This document shows positions 11,827 through 23,500 of a stretch of DNA of 64,000 nucleotides, one piece after another (within the stretch, counting starts at the first letter, position 1; every line of letters starts with the position of its first letter). A program made the translations under genes and the position numbers. The DNA is from Heteronotia binoei (Eukaryota), in contig NC_083241.1 in NCBI RefSeq assembly GCF_032191835.1, positions 496,001-560,000 of the forward strand. Direction: 5' to 3'. The notes under the pieces are model-generated. The model was not told where the DNA came from. It saw only the letters and a list, made by a program, of their open reading frames with translations, and made no database searches.

Positions 11827-13704
11827 TCACACCAGGAGGAGGCCTCTTGCTTGGAACAGCTGCTGCAGCTTCTCTTCCAGCACCGCGTTGGTCCCTCTCA
11901 AGCCCTTCACCACCTCCAAGGCCCAAAGGAAGTACTCCTGGACCCGCTCCTCTGACCAACCTGCCAAAGGAAACCGGCCAGTTAGAAACCGGGCTGCGAC
12001 ACACGCAGACACCCCTCACAGACCAGCAGCGCAGGCAGTTCTGGCACGTGGGCAGCTGCTCCTCTGCTCTGTGCTCTTCAGCAGCAGGACTAGCTCACTG
12101 CCTTCAAGTGCCAGCCAGTCTCCAGCAGGCAGGTGAGGCCTCTGCCTCCATTGCAGCCATCACAACCAATGGGGCTTGTGCAAGGAACCCTGCAGGTGAC
12201 CAGACTGATTTACTCCTTTTCTTCGGGTGGAAGGCCAACCCGTTTGCGCCCACGTGCTTTGTTTTGTCACACTCCAGCCAGGCTCTGGCTGGTAAACCCC
12301 ACCACCATGGGTCTCAGGCTCCTCTACGTTCCCCTGGGGTGGAGGCCAGAACACTGACAGGGAGGCAGGTGCTGTACTCAGCTGCTCTTTCCAGCTGTCA
12401 ACAGCAGCCTCACTGATCCAGGCTGCCAGCTCAACCAGAGCAAGGACCTCCCTCCCAGCCTCTTTCCCAAATCCGCTACTGGCCTTCGCTTCTGTACCTG
12501 AGAGCAGCGAGGCTTCCAAGAGCCTAATTTGGAAACGCTACAAACTTGGTCTATGGCTGGAGTTTTTGTACAGAGTCCATGTTTTTATTTTCTACAGTGC
12601 CCTTTTAAACATACGGCGTCCTGACCTGAGTCCTAGAGATGACCCTAAGTAATGGATTGTTACATTTAATTGACCTTCTAGTATGAAATGATCTGGCAAC
12701 CCAAGAGGAACGTATTCATTCACGTTGCGCACAAGAGTTTGGGAGTGCTCTTTGGTCATCTCTAGGTGGGATTATTGTAATGTATGGCAGCCCCCACAGC
12801 CTTCCCTGAGTCCGGAATGGGGCCAGGTACCTTTAGAGCAGTAGGGCTACCTGTTTCTTTCTGGGTTCAAGTGCTGGAACTTTCCTGTAAAGCCCTGCCT
12901 GCCTATGCACTTGCTCCCTTGTCTTGGGCCCAGATTGGGGGGGAGGGGCTTTGGGGCCCTGGTCTCCTGTCCTGGACCCATCTTTTCTGGGACAAGGCTG
13001 GAGAGCTGCCTTTTCTTTGCTAGTGCTGAGGGTTTGGATGGCGATGGTCTGTGGTTGAGGTGTCTTCTGGCTTGGGCCTTTGGAGGTGGGGGTGAATCGT
13101 GCCTGACCTGCGGGGGTGCAGCGCTGGAGGTCGCGCAGGTTGTGGAGCTTGTCGGCCAGAGCGACCAGCCGGGCGGAGGGGCTTTTGCTGGCGGCCCGTT
13201 GCACCTGCAGGCGCTTGCGCTGGGCCTTGGGCAAGGCCTTGTCGTCGGTCACCTCCTGCACCAGGCGCCGCACCTCCGCCCCGAAGCGCTCCTCCAGCTC
13301 GGCCGGGGAGGTGTCGGTGTCCTCCAGCGTGTCGTGCAGCAGCGCCGCCTGCGGGGGAGAAGCGGCGGCAGCGTCGGGCCCTCTGCACGCGCTCAGAGGC
13401 GCTCTCCTCCGGCTGGCTGGCTGGTGGGGCGGGGGGGGGGTCTTACCTGCAGCACCGCCACGTCGGTGACTCCGCCTTCCTGGGCCAGGATGCAGGCCAC
13501 ACCTGCAGGGGCACAGGGGAGGGGAGGGGTGAGCGGCGGCCGGGGGGGGGGGAGCTGCCCTCCCGCCCTATGGGGGTCTGACCCACCGATGGGGTGGTTG
13601 ATGTAGGGGGTGCCCTCCGGGTCCTTGCGCCGCTGCTCCTTGTGCTTGCGGGCGGCGAAGTCGGCGGCCTCCAGCAGGCGGGCGGCCTCCGAGGAGGGGC
13701 TCAT
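11827..13704 (-). CDS. HDDC3: HD domain-containing protein 3 (MESH1; ppGpp hydrolase / NADPH phosphatase), 182 aa
   Basis: Exons 13704-13587, 13502-13447, 13348-13108, 11960-11827 (549 nt). Motifs QRRKD, YINHP, LLHDTLED and ADKLHNLRD are intact. AATAAA on the minus strand at 11617-11622. Confidence 0.96.
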
Positions 13705-14150
13705 GGCGCCGGCAGAAGCTAGCCCCGCAGAGGCCCTCTCCCTCCTCCTCCCCGCGGGGCCACCGCGCGCCTGGCCCTGCCCTGCCCCCTCCCCTCGAGG
13801 CCCGTCTGCAGCCAGCGGGGAGGGGCCCCGACGGAGGCCTGCCACTCAAGCCCAGACCTCCAGAGGGGAGGCAGCCGCTCTCCGCCCCGGAACTCCGGCC
13901 GAGGGAAGTTCTCCCGCTTCCCCTCCTGCCTTGCCCATCTTTCCAAACTGAAGACGCAAGGGCGGGGGGGGGGCAGGGGAAATTCCAGGCCCTGGTGCCA
14001 TTGGCCACAGCGACCCACAGCCCCCTACGCAGCAGCCAAGGCCAGTCCCCAAAGGTCACCCCTCCCCCGCAACTAGAAGTCCACAGAACCCCGCCCCCGC
14101 CCGGGCTTTGGGTGGCCATCGCAGTCCACAATGGCAGCATGCCAGGGGAG
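13000..14150. promoter_or_regulatory. CpG island / HDDC3 promoter
   Basis: High CpG density spans exons 1-3 and the upstream region. Confidence 0.65.
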
Positions 14151-16181
14151 GGGGCAGAGAGGGACAGAAGCCCTGCCAGCCGAGGTGGGGCTTGCATGGT
14201 TGTGGCAGCGGCTACAGCAGGGGGCTAGAAGAAAGGGCAGGGAGGCAGGCAGGCTCGGGCTGGTTTCAGGGCTGCTGCTGCACACTTCAGCCACTGAAGA
14301 CCCAGCGGTGCTGGGTGCCCTCTGGCCTCTAGTTCTGCCCACTCCTGGTTTTGTGCCAACGAGGTTGGTGGTAGTGGCCACAAGGTGACTTTTCGTAGTG
14401 AGCCACAAGTCCTGGTGAGCAGACAACTCTTCCAGCGGCTGGGGGGAGGGGGCACAGTGGCATCATCGTCTGGATTCGCATTCAGAGCAGGTGGGTGGAG
14501 TTCAGCCCTGTGGTGCAGGTTCTGAGGATGCCGCAATGCTCTTTCCCCACTTGCCCTCTGACCCCGCCAAAATTCTTTTGGGTTCTAAGCCAAATAAATT
14601 GGAACACAAATAAAACTATTTATTTAGAATATGTATTTTCTGATCTTTACAAAAGTACAGATCATTTTTCATAATGAACAACATTAAGGAGTTACTTCCA
14701 CTAGCACATTACAAATCGATGGAGAAGACTGCTGCCCCCCACCTGGCTCAAATGGCAGGAGAATTGCTGAAGATTTCTTCTCCCTAAAAGGAAGTCTTTT
14801 ACTCCCTCCTGACTCCTCCATTTGTCATCCTTATTTTAACATGATGGTGTCGAAGCAGCCCAAGAGCATTTATCAGAATACTTGTGTGCAGATGCTGACA
14901 ATGTGGCCAGTTAGCACTCCTTGAGTTCTCAGAGCAGGAATAAAACAGTCTTTGACCCCTTCAAGAAGCCCTCCAGGGTGCCAGCAGCTACATGTCTCCT
15001 GACAAACGGAACCTCCATATTCAGGGGCTCAGCTGGTGAAATGCAGCAGCAGGGGGAGCCTGTATTCTCCCTCACCTATCTGTGGGCTTCCTAGAAACAT
15101 CTGTGCAGACCCAAAATCCGCTTTCTCTTTCTCTACATTCAGGAAGTATCATTCTATGGAGCCTTAGCTTATTCTTATGGCCAAACTTCAGCAAGGTATG
15201 ACTTATTTAATTAAAAAGCTGCCATCCCTCCCCCGCCAACAAATAATGCAGAAGCCTCCAGAGTCCTTCAAATCTTGTTTCTTTCCTGGCAGGACCTCTG
15301 GGTCCAAGTTGGGTGGGGTGGAGTGAGGGAGCCCCAACAAGGCCGGACAAAGAGCTTCAGAGCTGGCGGCCCTAAGAGGCCAAGGGCCTTCCCTGAGGAG
15401 TCAGACACAACTGTGAGAGGATGGCTGATATCGAAGGAACCGGCGTTATTTTAAAAGTCCACCCTGTGTGTGTCCCCTGGTTCTTGCAGAGGTAGAATTA
15501 CAAATTTGTTACTATTGAGGGGTGGATGGAAATTCTAAAAAAAAGGTAGCGAGTATCATTTAGCATCAACAGGGCTGCAGGAACAGACTGAGCCTTGATA
15601 TAGTAATGCCCCCTAAATGTAGTGGGTGAGGAAGAAGATTTTTGCTCTGGCCTGCTCCTGCATTTCAGGCGCTGTATCCAAACCCTTCTCTGTCTCAACA
15701 GAGAATTCCAGTCATCTGCCCTGAAATCCTTTAAATGGCACTTTTAATAAGCAGCAGCAAGCAGGCACCTCCTCAGAGGTGGAAGGTCCCCAAATGGGCC
15801 AAGTTCTCCATCTGCCAATTTTATTTCCAAGAGGTTTTATTCCGTTTTCTCTCCCACCTCAGGCAAGGTCTGGCCAGTCCCCCAACAGCGTGGATCTCTC
15901 CCCGGAGCTCTTTTTGCCTTCTGGTTCAGGGTCCCTTTGAACCCCATAGAGCAGAGAAACTGAGCCACACCTCTGAGCAAGTGTGCGGTCCCCCCCCCCC
16001 CACCCTGGGACCAGAGAGCAGCCCAGAAATTCCAAGTCAAAAGACCGAGCTGAGACCAAAGATTTCTCCCCTCCCCCCAGCAGGGCCTCTGATCAGCAAC
16101 CAGGACTGGTGGGGGTGGGGATTGCAAAAGGAGTCTGCCTGGACCTGGGCCAGGCGCAGGGGGGTCTTGTGGCCTGGGCTC

Positions 16182-17666
16182 CTAGTTGGGGATCCTGTAG
16201 AGGAAGTTTCCGTCCTCATCCACCACTTCCCGGCCCTTCTGTACGATCTGCAGCTGGGGGCTGCACCCCTGCGAGCGGCGGCTTCTGCTGCTGCTGGCGG
16301 GTGGCGGCGGGGCTCTCTTCTTGGGTGCCACGTGGGGTGGCGGGGGCAGCAATGGGCCGGGAGGCGGAGGACCCACGAGACGAGGCTGCGGAGGAGGCGG
16401 CTGCGGCAGGCGGCTGTCCTGCTTGGCTGCCCGCTCTGGGGAAGGCGAGAAGCGGCTCCGCAGTACCCTTCCGACCACCTCTGGGCTCACCTCGAAGCTG
16501 CGCGCCAGGCGGGAGATGGGCCACTCATCTGGCGCCTCTTGGCGGAGGAACCTGCGCAGGCACACACGCACAAGACAGGCAGGCAGGCAGTCAGAGAGAG
16601 CAGTGCGCACCACCCTACTAATAGCTGCAAAGCCGGCTTGAGCTACAAAATGGAAGGATGACAAAGGCCCATCATTGGCACAAAAACGTTTGGAATCTCT
16701 TTATGTTTGAAAACTGGAAACCTCTCAAAAATTGTACTGATTGGACCTCTTTTGAAGTTAAATGGTTTCCTATGATAGCTCATATGGAAGAGAATGGAAC
16801 TGTACCATGGTCCTTAATTACTTTGTAATATTTCTTGTTTTATTTATTAGACCAGATTGGTGTTCTACTTACCTTATGTGATCTCCAGTTGGAATTAGTG
16901 CTTACTTATCGCTCTGGTGCATCAGTTAGTTATTAATGTAAATTCTTTTTGTTAAAAGCATTTATGCTATTACCCACATTTACTGGTTGTAAAATGATAT
17001 CTATTCTTTGTTGTACCTGTGGTGAGTGTCCCCTCTGAGTGTGAGCTAGCTCACAGATTTTTTGCCTCCAGCTCACATTTTTGTCTTCTCAGGAAGGAGG
17101 ACCCCTGAGCACACTAATTCACGCAGGAGCTCAGGACTTTGACGCCAGCAGCTCACAAAGAAGAATTTTTGCTCTCAAGACGCTGCAGCTTAGAGGGAAC
17201 ATGGCCTGTGGCGTGCTTGAATTTGTTCCTGGTTACTCTATACTTCGAGGTTTCTAAATTACTCTCACTTGTTCTATTGTATCAAAAACATATTCTAAAT
17301 AAAATAATTTTTATAAAAAAAGAGAGAGAGCTGCGCGCGCAGCACCCAGGGGCCCTCCCCGCGCCCTCCACTCACCGCATCTGCTCCATGGCCATGCAGC
17401 TCAGCGTGCGCTCCGGGGGGCCCGCCGGCGCCTCCATCAGCCGCCGCACTCGGCGCAGCCGGGCCGCCTTCGCCCGCCGCTCCTGCTCCAGCCTAAGGGG
17501 GGGAGGGAAGCCCAGTGAGCAGCCACGACCCCGCGGCCGCCCGCCAGCCCTGCCCTGCCCGGCCCTACCTGGCGGCCGCCTCCTCCTCCGTCTCCAGCAG
17601 CTCCCGGGGCCCGGCCCGGCCTGCCCGCAAGCCCGGGCCCAGCAGCCGCCCCCAGCGCGCCGCCAT
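16182..17666 (-). CDS. NGRN: Neugrin, 194 aa
   Basis: Exons 17666-17569, 17492-17376, 16551-16182 (585 nt). Neugrin core (PPERTLS..AMEQMRFLRQE.P.EW...LA..F.VSP.VV.RVLRSRF.P) and C-terminal VQKGREVVDEDGNFLYRI. Minus-strand AATAAA at 15820-15825 and 15836-15841. Confidence 0.93.
16609..17322 (+). mobile_element. 5'-truncated L1-type LINE 3' end in NGRN intron 2 (antisense to the gene)
   Basis: Degenerate ORF2 C-terminus (LLIAAK...KWK...PS; FEVKWFPMIAH), AATAAA and an A-tail at about 17298-17322. The roughly 16-bp TSD reads AGAGAGAGCAGTGCGC (16593-16608) / AGAGAGAGCTGCGCGC (17323-17338). Confidence 0.7.
17026..17203. mobile_element. MITE nested inside the L1 fragment
   Basis: Inverted ends AGTGTCCCCTCTGAG ... 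CTTAGAGGGAACAT. A second copy lies in the opposite orientation at 28881-29065. Confidence 0.7.
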
Positions 17667-18700
17667 CTCGCCAGGCGAGGAGCACGAGGAGGAGCACAGG
17701 CTGGCCGGGGCCCTGTCACTGGCGCGGGGCGGGCCTTCTGCAGCCGGCCAGGAGGGAGGAACACGCCAAAGAGCAGCCGCTTCTGCAGCAGCCCGCCTCC
17801 TGCCGCTCGCCCCCGGAACAGTGCTGGCTGCAGCCCCGGCCGGGGAGAAAAGAGCAGGCAAGGGCAACAGGAAGAACCGTATAAAGTTTTAATACAAAGC
17901 TGGTTACAAAAGGGCGCGGCCGCGTGGCCGGTGCAGCCCTGCAGGGCGCGGCAGGCGGAGGGGCAGCACAGCGCCCCCCTCGCCAAAGCCTCTGCGCCGA
18001 GCCAGCTGCCCTCCCTGGGTCTGTCGCGCTGGGCAGCCGGGCCGCAGCCGCCTCTTCCTCGTGTGTCGCCGGCAGGGTGGTGGGATCAGCGCTGGGGCCG
18101 GCACGGCCTCGCTGCTCCGCTCCGCTGCCTCCTCTGGCCCCTGGCCCCGCCGCTCTGCCCCCGAGAGGTCGCTCAGGTGCCCTTCCTGCGGGGAGGAGGG
18201 GGGAGAGGAGCGACGGCTTCAGCCACCGGAGGGGCCGGAGCTGCTCTCTGCTGCGCCAGAAGGGCTGCGCAGAACCACCCGGCTGACGCTGGGGCAGGAT
18301 TGGGGAGTGCCCTGCCCTTCCCGCTGTCGCCCCGGGCTGCAGAGGGGGTTACCTGGGCTGGCTGAGGTTCAGCGCGGCCGTGTGGCTGGAGCGGAGCGGG
18401 GTGGTGCGCCGGAGGAGTGGGGCTGAGGCAGAGTTGATGGCCAGGCCGAGTGCATCGGTGCGGTTGAAGGGGGCCGAGCCGGACGGGAAGGGGAAGGTGC
18501 TGTACAAGTGGCCGGCGGGGGCTCTGCCGGCCTGAGAGAGGCAGCTCAGCGAGCCCGCGCTCAGGTACAGCGGCCTCCTGCTGGCCGGGCTGCCTGCAAG
18601 AGAGAAGCGAGACGGCTGAGCGCAGCTATCATCTCCTCCGCCTGGCTCTGAGGACTGGCCGCTGGGCTCTCTCTGGGTGCAGCAGGGGGACGGGCGGGCA
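17330..18700. promoter_or_regulatory. CpG island covering the NGRN promoter and the last TTLL13 exons
   Basis: Continuous CpG-dense tract from NGRN exon 2 to TTLL13 exon 14. Confidence 0.65.
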
Positions 18701-20524
18701 GGGAATGCCCTCAGATCCAGGCTGGTGCCCCCCTCCCTCCCTCCCACCTGGCCAGATGCTTGCAGGCAGCCAACCAGCCACCCTCCCCCCACCCCAGCCC
18801 TGCAGTTCCTGAGCCGCCTGGCCAGGCTAGCAGCAGGGGGGTGGGGCTGCCCGTGGTACTCACTGCCTTCAGCCTTGTTCTTGGCACTGGTGAACCGCCG
18901 GCCCCCCACCTTCAGCATGCGGGCCACAGTGCAGGGCTCACCCCCCATGGCCGTGCCCAGCCAGCTCATGTTCTTGGGGTGCTGGAGGTGGAGCTGCGGC
19001 TTGTAGTGGGAGGTGTAGGAGGCCTCCGGGCCAGACAGGGCACTGAGGAGGGTGGGGATGAAGCCTTGGTTGCCCAGCAGCTGGACCCGCTCCAGGGGTG
19101 GCGGCTGCATGATCTGCTTCCCCAGCTCTTGGAAGGAGAGGGGGATGAGGGTCATCAGGGGCTGCGGGTCCCGGCTGCTGAAGTGCTCCTGCAGAAAGTG
19201 AGGCTGGGGGGAAAGGCCAGAAAGGGGCTAGAGGATCGCTCTCCTCCTGGCTGTATCCCCCTTCCTCGCTTACAACCCCTTTAGCACTGCTGAGGCCCCT
19301 GAAAGCTCTCTCACAGCACTGCGTCCCCCGTCCTTCCTGGGAGGTCAGGCTCTGAGGAGACAGGTGTGGAGAGTGCCCCAGCCCAGGGGAGATGTCCCGC
19401 TCAGCCCCACATCAGCCAGGATGCTGCTAGAGCAGGCAGATGCCCACCTTGCCTTTCCTAGAGGCCTTGCTGCTGGACAGAAGCCACAGGCTGCTCTGAA
19501 AGGGGAGGGGTTCAGCTGGTTCCTGGAGGAGAGTCCAGCCAAGGGGAGTTAGGAGATCCTCCATAGCCAGGGGCAGTCAGCCTCCGAATGCCAGTGCTCG
19601 GAAGCCATCTCTGGGAAGGGCGGCAACCTCTGGGCCCTGTTGCTGCCCTCCTGCAAGGCTCTTCTGATCCTGGCCCTGGTGGAGACCGCCTGACATGAGT
19701 CAGGGGTTCTCCAAAGGCTGCCGCTTCAGGGTGGTGAGAACCAGAGAGGATTGTGAGGCACTCCAAAGGGATCTGTTGAGGCTGGGTGAGTGGGCGTCAA
19801 CGTGGCAGATGCGGTTCAATGTGGCCAAGTGCAAAGTAATGCACATTGGGGCCAAGAATCCCAGCTACAAATACAAGTTGATGGGGTGTGAACTGGCAGA
19901 GACTGACCAAGAGAGAGATCTTGGGGTCGTGGTAGATAACTCACTGAAAATGTCAAGACAGTGTGCGATTGCAATAAAAAAGGCCAACGCCATGCTGGGA
20001 ATTATTAGGAAGGGAATTGAAAACCAATCAGCCAGTATCATAATGCCCCTGTATAGATCGATGGTGTGGTCTCATTTGGAGTACTGTGTGCAGTTCTGGT
20101 CACCGCACCTCAAAAAGGATATTATAGCATTGGAAAATGTGCAGAAAAGGGCAACTAGAATGATTAAAGGTTTGGAACACTTTCCCTATGAAGAAAGGTT
20201 AAAATACTTGGGGCTCTTTAGCTTGGAGAAACATCGACTGCGGGGTGACATGATAGAGATTTACAAGATTATGCATGGGATGGAGAAGGTAGAGAAAGAA
20301 GTCCTTTTCTCCCTTTCTCACAATACAAGAACTCGTGCGCATTCGATGAAATTGCTGATCAGTCTGGTTGGAACGGATAAAAGGAAGTACTTCTTCACCC
20401 AAAGGGTGATTAATATGTGGAATTCACTGCCACAGGAGGTGGTGGCGGCTACAAGCATAGCCAGCTTCAAGAGGAGGTTAGATAAAAATATGGAGTAGAG
20501 GTCCATCAGTGGCTATTAGCCACA

Positions 20525-20586
<62 letters not shown>

Positions 20587-23500
20587 ACACACACACATAT
20601 ATATGTGTGATAGTTTGAAATTATCTGGTTTGTGTCAATGGATCAGGGGAGAGATTGTTGTCTTTGGGTGGGGGAAGGAACTAGAAGAGATGCTATCTGA
20701 ATTTTCCAACTCCAATTTTCCAATTTTGGCCACTGTGTGACACAGAGTGTTGGACTGGATGGAGCATTGGCCTGATCCAACATGGCCAATGGTCCATCCT
20801 GATCCAACATGGCTTCTCTCGTTCTTCTGTTCCCACCTGGATTTCAGAGATCTTGATGTGGGGCTTCTGGAGCTCCATGGGCGGGGGTTCTGCGTTCCGG
20901 AGCAGGCGGGTCAGCTGTTCGACGATGCCCAGACCCCGGATGAGGTTCTCACGCCGCAAAAGGGCTTTCACCCTCTCCACTTCCTCTTCCTCCACGATCG
21001 GTTGGGGAGTCATGATGTCATACGGCAAAGAGGACATCTGGGGGGGGGGGAGGAACACCCCAGGTCAAAGCTGCCTCTCAGTCAGTCCTGCAGAGTAGAA
21101 CTTCCACCACTTGGCACTGCTCTCCCATCCCTGTACCTGCCAGCCAAGGATTCCCTGCTCTCCCCTCTGGCCTAGAGCAAGGCAGTTGTGGGGAAGCCAC
21201 ACCTGAGCAGGCAAGAGGCCCTGCCCCGGCCTGGTCGTGGGCACAGCTCAGCCCAAGCACTCTACAGGGCCTCCCAGACCAGATCAGCAGGCAGGAGAAA
21301 GCGGGAAAACAGCAAGGCAGGGGAAGGATCCAGCCAGTGGAAATGGATGGCAGCAAGGAGTTTGTGTCCTGGGTGAGGCCCGAAACCACATGGGGCCTGG
21401 GCCCCCCTCCCTCCCTCTGGCTGTGCACCTTTGGGTTCCAGGTCTTGCTGTGGCTGCCAGCCACCCGCGAGAGAGCAGGCTTTGCCCTGCCCTTCTCGTG
21501 GGGCTTCTCCCCAGCAGATTCGCCTTGCAGGGTCTCCTTCGCCTCCCTTTTCTTCTTCCCAGCTGGGCTGTCCTTCTGCTCTTGCTTCTGGCGGATCTCC
21601 TCCAGCTGTTGCCTGCCAGGGACACCATCGTGCAGTGTGTGCGTGGGGAGGCAGGAGCAGAGGGAGGGCTTGCTCCCCCTGCCCCCCCCCCCCCACCGCT
21701 GCTGCTGCCGCCCAGATACCTGGCGCATTCTTCCCTGGCCTTGGAGGCCACTGTCTCCTGGAAGAGGGATCCGCTGTGCTTGAAGAAAGGTGTGTACTTC
21801 TCCGTGCCACGTGCTGGGAAGATGCGTCGGTAGCCCCCCAGGTGGCTGTCCTCATACTTTTCTGCCTGGGCCAGCCAGGCAGCCTGGCTGCTCTCCAGCT
21901 GTTCGCGTCTGGGGCAGGGAGGGGCAGAGCAAAGGTTCAGCAAGGGAGATGCCTCCAGAGTCTTGCGAGTGCTGCGGTTGGCTTCCTCCCCATCTCTGGT
22001 GGGCTAGCCCAAAAGTGCCCTCTTCCCCCCATTTGCCCTAAGGCCCAGCCTCTCTCTGGGCTAGGGAAGAGCCATAGTCAGCCCCTCTTCGCTGCTGCTG
22101 CTTCCCCAGGCCAGCCAGGCAGCTCCTCCTCCTTCCCTGCGGCCTCACCTGGCTTCCCGCGGAGGCTGGTGAGCTTGGAGCAGGCGCTCCTTGACCCGCC
22201 TCTTCTCCTCCTCCAGGACCTTCTTCTTGTCACAAGCCCGCAAGTTGACCAGATTGATGGCATCGCAGAGCAGGGCGTCTTTCACTTCTCGGTCCAGCCG
22301 GGAGTCGGTGGTGAAGCTGGGAGAGTGGTTGACCTGGAAGGGAAGAGCAGCTCAGCCCCACCCCCCGTCCTTGTCCTGGCATCTGGGACGGCAGGACTGG
22401 TGCTTGCACTCCCAGCCACAGAACCTGCTCTGCCTGACCAGATGCTGCACAAGCAGGGGGGTCGCGCAGAAGGGGCTCAGGAGCATCTTCCTTGGGGACT
22501 GCAGGGCCTGAAACAGGGTGGGGCAGGGGGAGGGAGGTGCTGCAAAATGTGGAACCCACCAGGTGGCCCCCAATGGGTGTGCTGCGACTGCTTCGCTAAC
22601 CTGTGGGGGCCTGAGGACATTCTGCAGCTCCAGCTCAGCACTCAAGGAGCAGAGAGGCCCAGATGTTGCATGCAAGGAAGAGCGGGGAGGCACAGATGTG
22701 TGCAAGGAAGGAGCAGAGGCCCAGATGTTGCATGCAAGGAAGGAGCAGAGATGCCCAGATGTTGCATGCAAGGAAGAGCAGGGAAGCACAGATGTGTGCA
22801 AGGGAGGAGCAGGGAGGTCCAGATGTTGCATGCAAGGAAGACAGGGAGCCCTAGATGTTGCATGCAGGGGAAAAGCAGAGAGGCCCAGATGTGTGCAAGG
22901 AAGGAGCAGAGAGGCGCAGATGTTGCATGAAAGGAAGGAGCAGAGAGAGGCCCAGATGTTGCATGCAGGGGAAAGCAGAGGCACAGATGTGTGCAAGGAA
23001 GGAGCAGAGAGGCCCAGATGTTGCATGCAAGGGAGAGCGGGGAGGCAGATGTGTGAAAGGAACGAGCAGGGAAACCCAGATGTTGCGCACAAGGAATGAG
23101 CAGGGAGGCCCAGAAGTTGTACGCAAGGAAGGAGCAGAGAGAGGCCCAGATGTCACGTGCGCAATGAAGAGGCACAGATGTTGCACGGAGGAAGCCCAGA
23201 TGTTGCATGTGAGGGAGGGTGGAGAGGCACAGATGTGCGCAAGGGGGCACAGATGTTGCATGCAGGGGAGGCTGAGGCCCAGATGTTGCACACAAGGAAG
23301 AAGAGGCGTAGATGTTGCGTGCGGGAGAGGGGCAGAGGCCCAGATGTTGTGTACAGGGAAGAAGAGTGCCCAGCTGCTGTATGCGAGGGAGGAGCAGAGA
23401 GGCCCAGATGTTGCGTGCAAGAAAGGAGAAGAGGCCTCGATGCTGAGTGCAAGGAAGGCGCAGAGAGGCCCAGATGTTGCACGCAAGGAAGAAGATATTG

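Noticed and set aside
14560-14640. Cluster of AATAAA hexamers on both strands, suggesting the end of a hidden gene or UNC45A remnant
   Set aside because: No exons or recognisable peptide lie nearby; it may be a distal NGRN polyA site or simply an AT-rich patch.
21431-22930. 499-aa + strand ORF
   Set aside because: It is an antisense shadow of TTLL13 exons running into the minisatellite.
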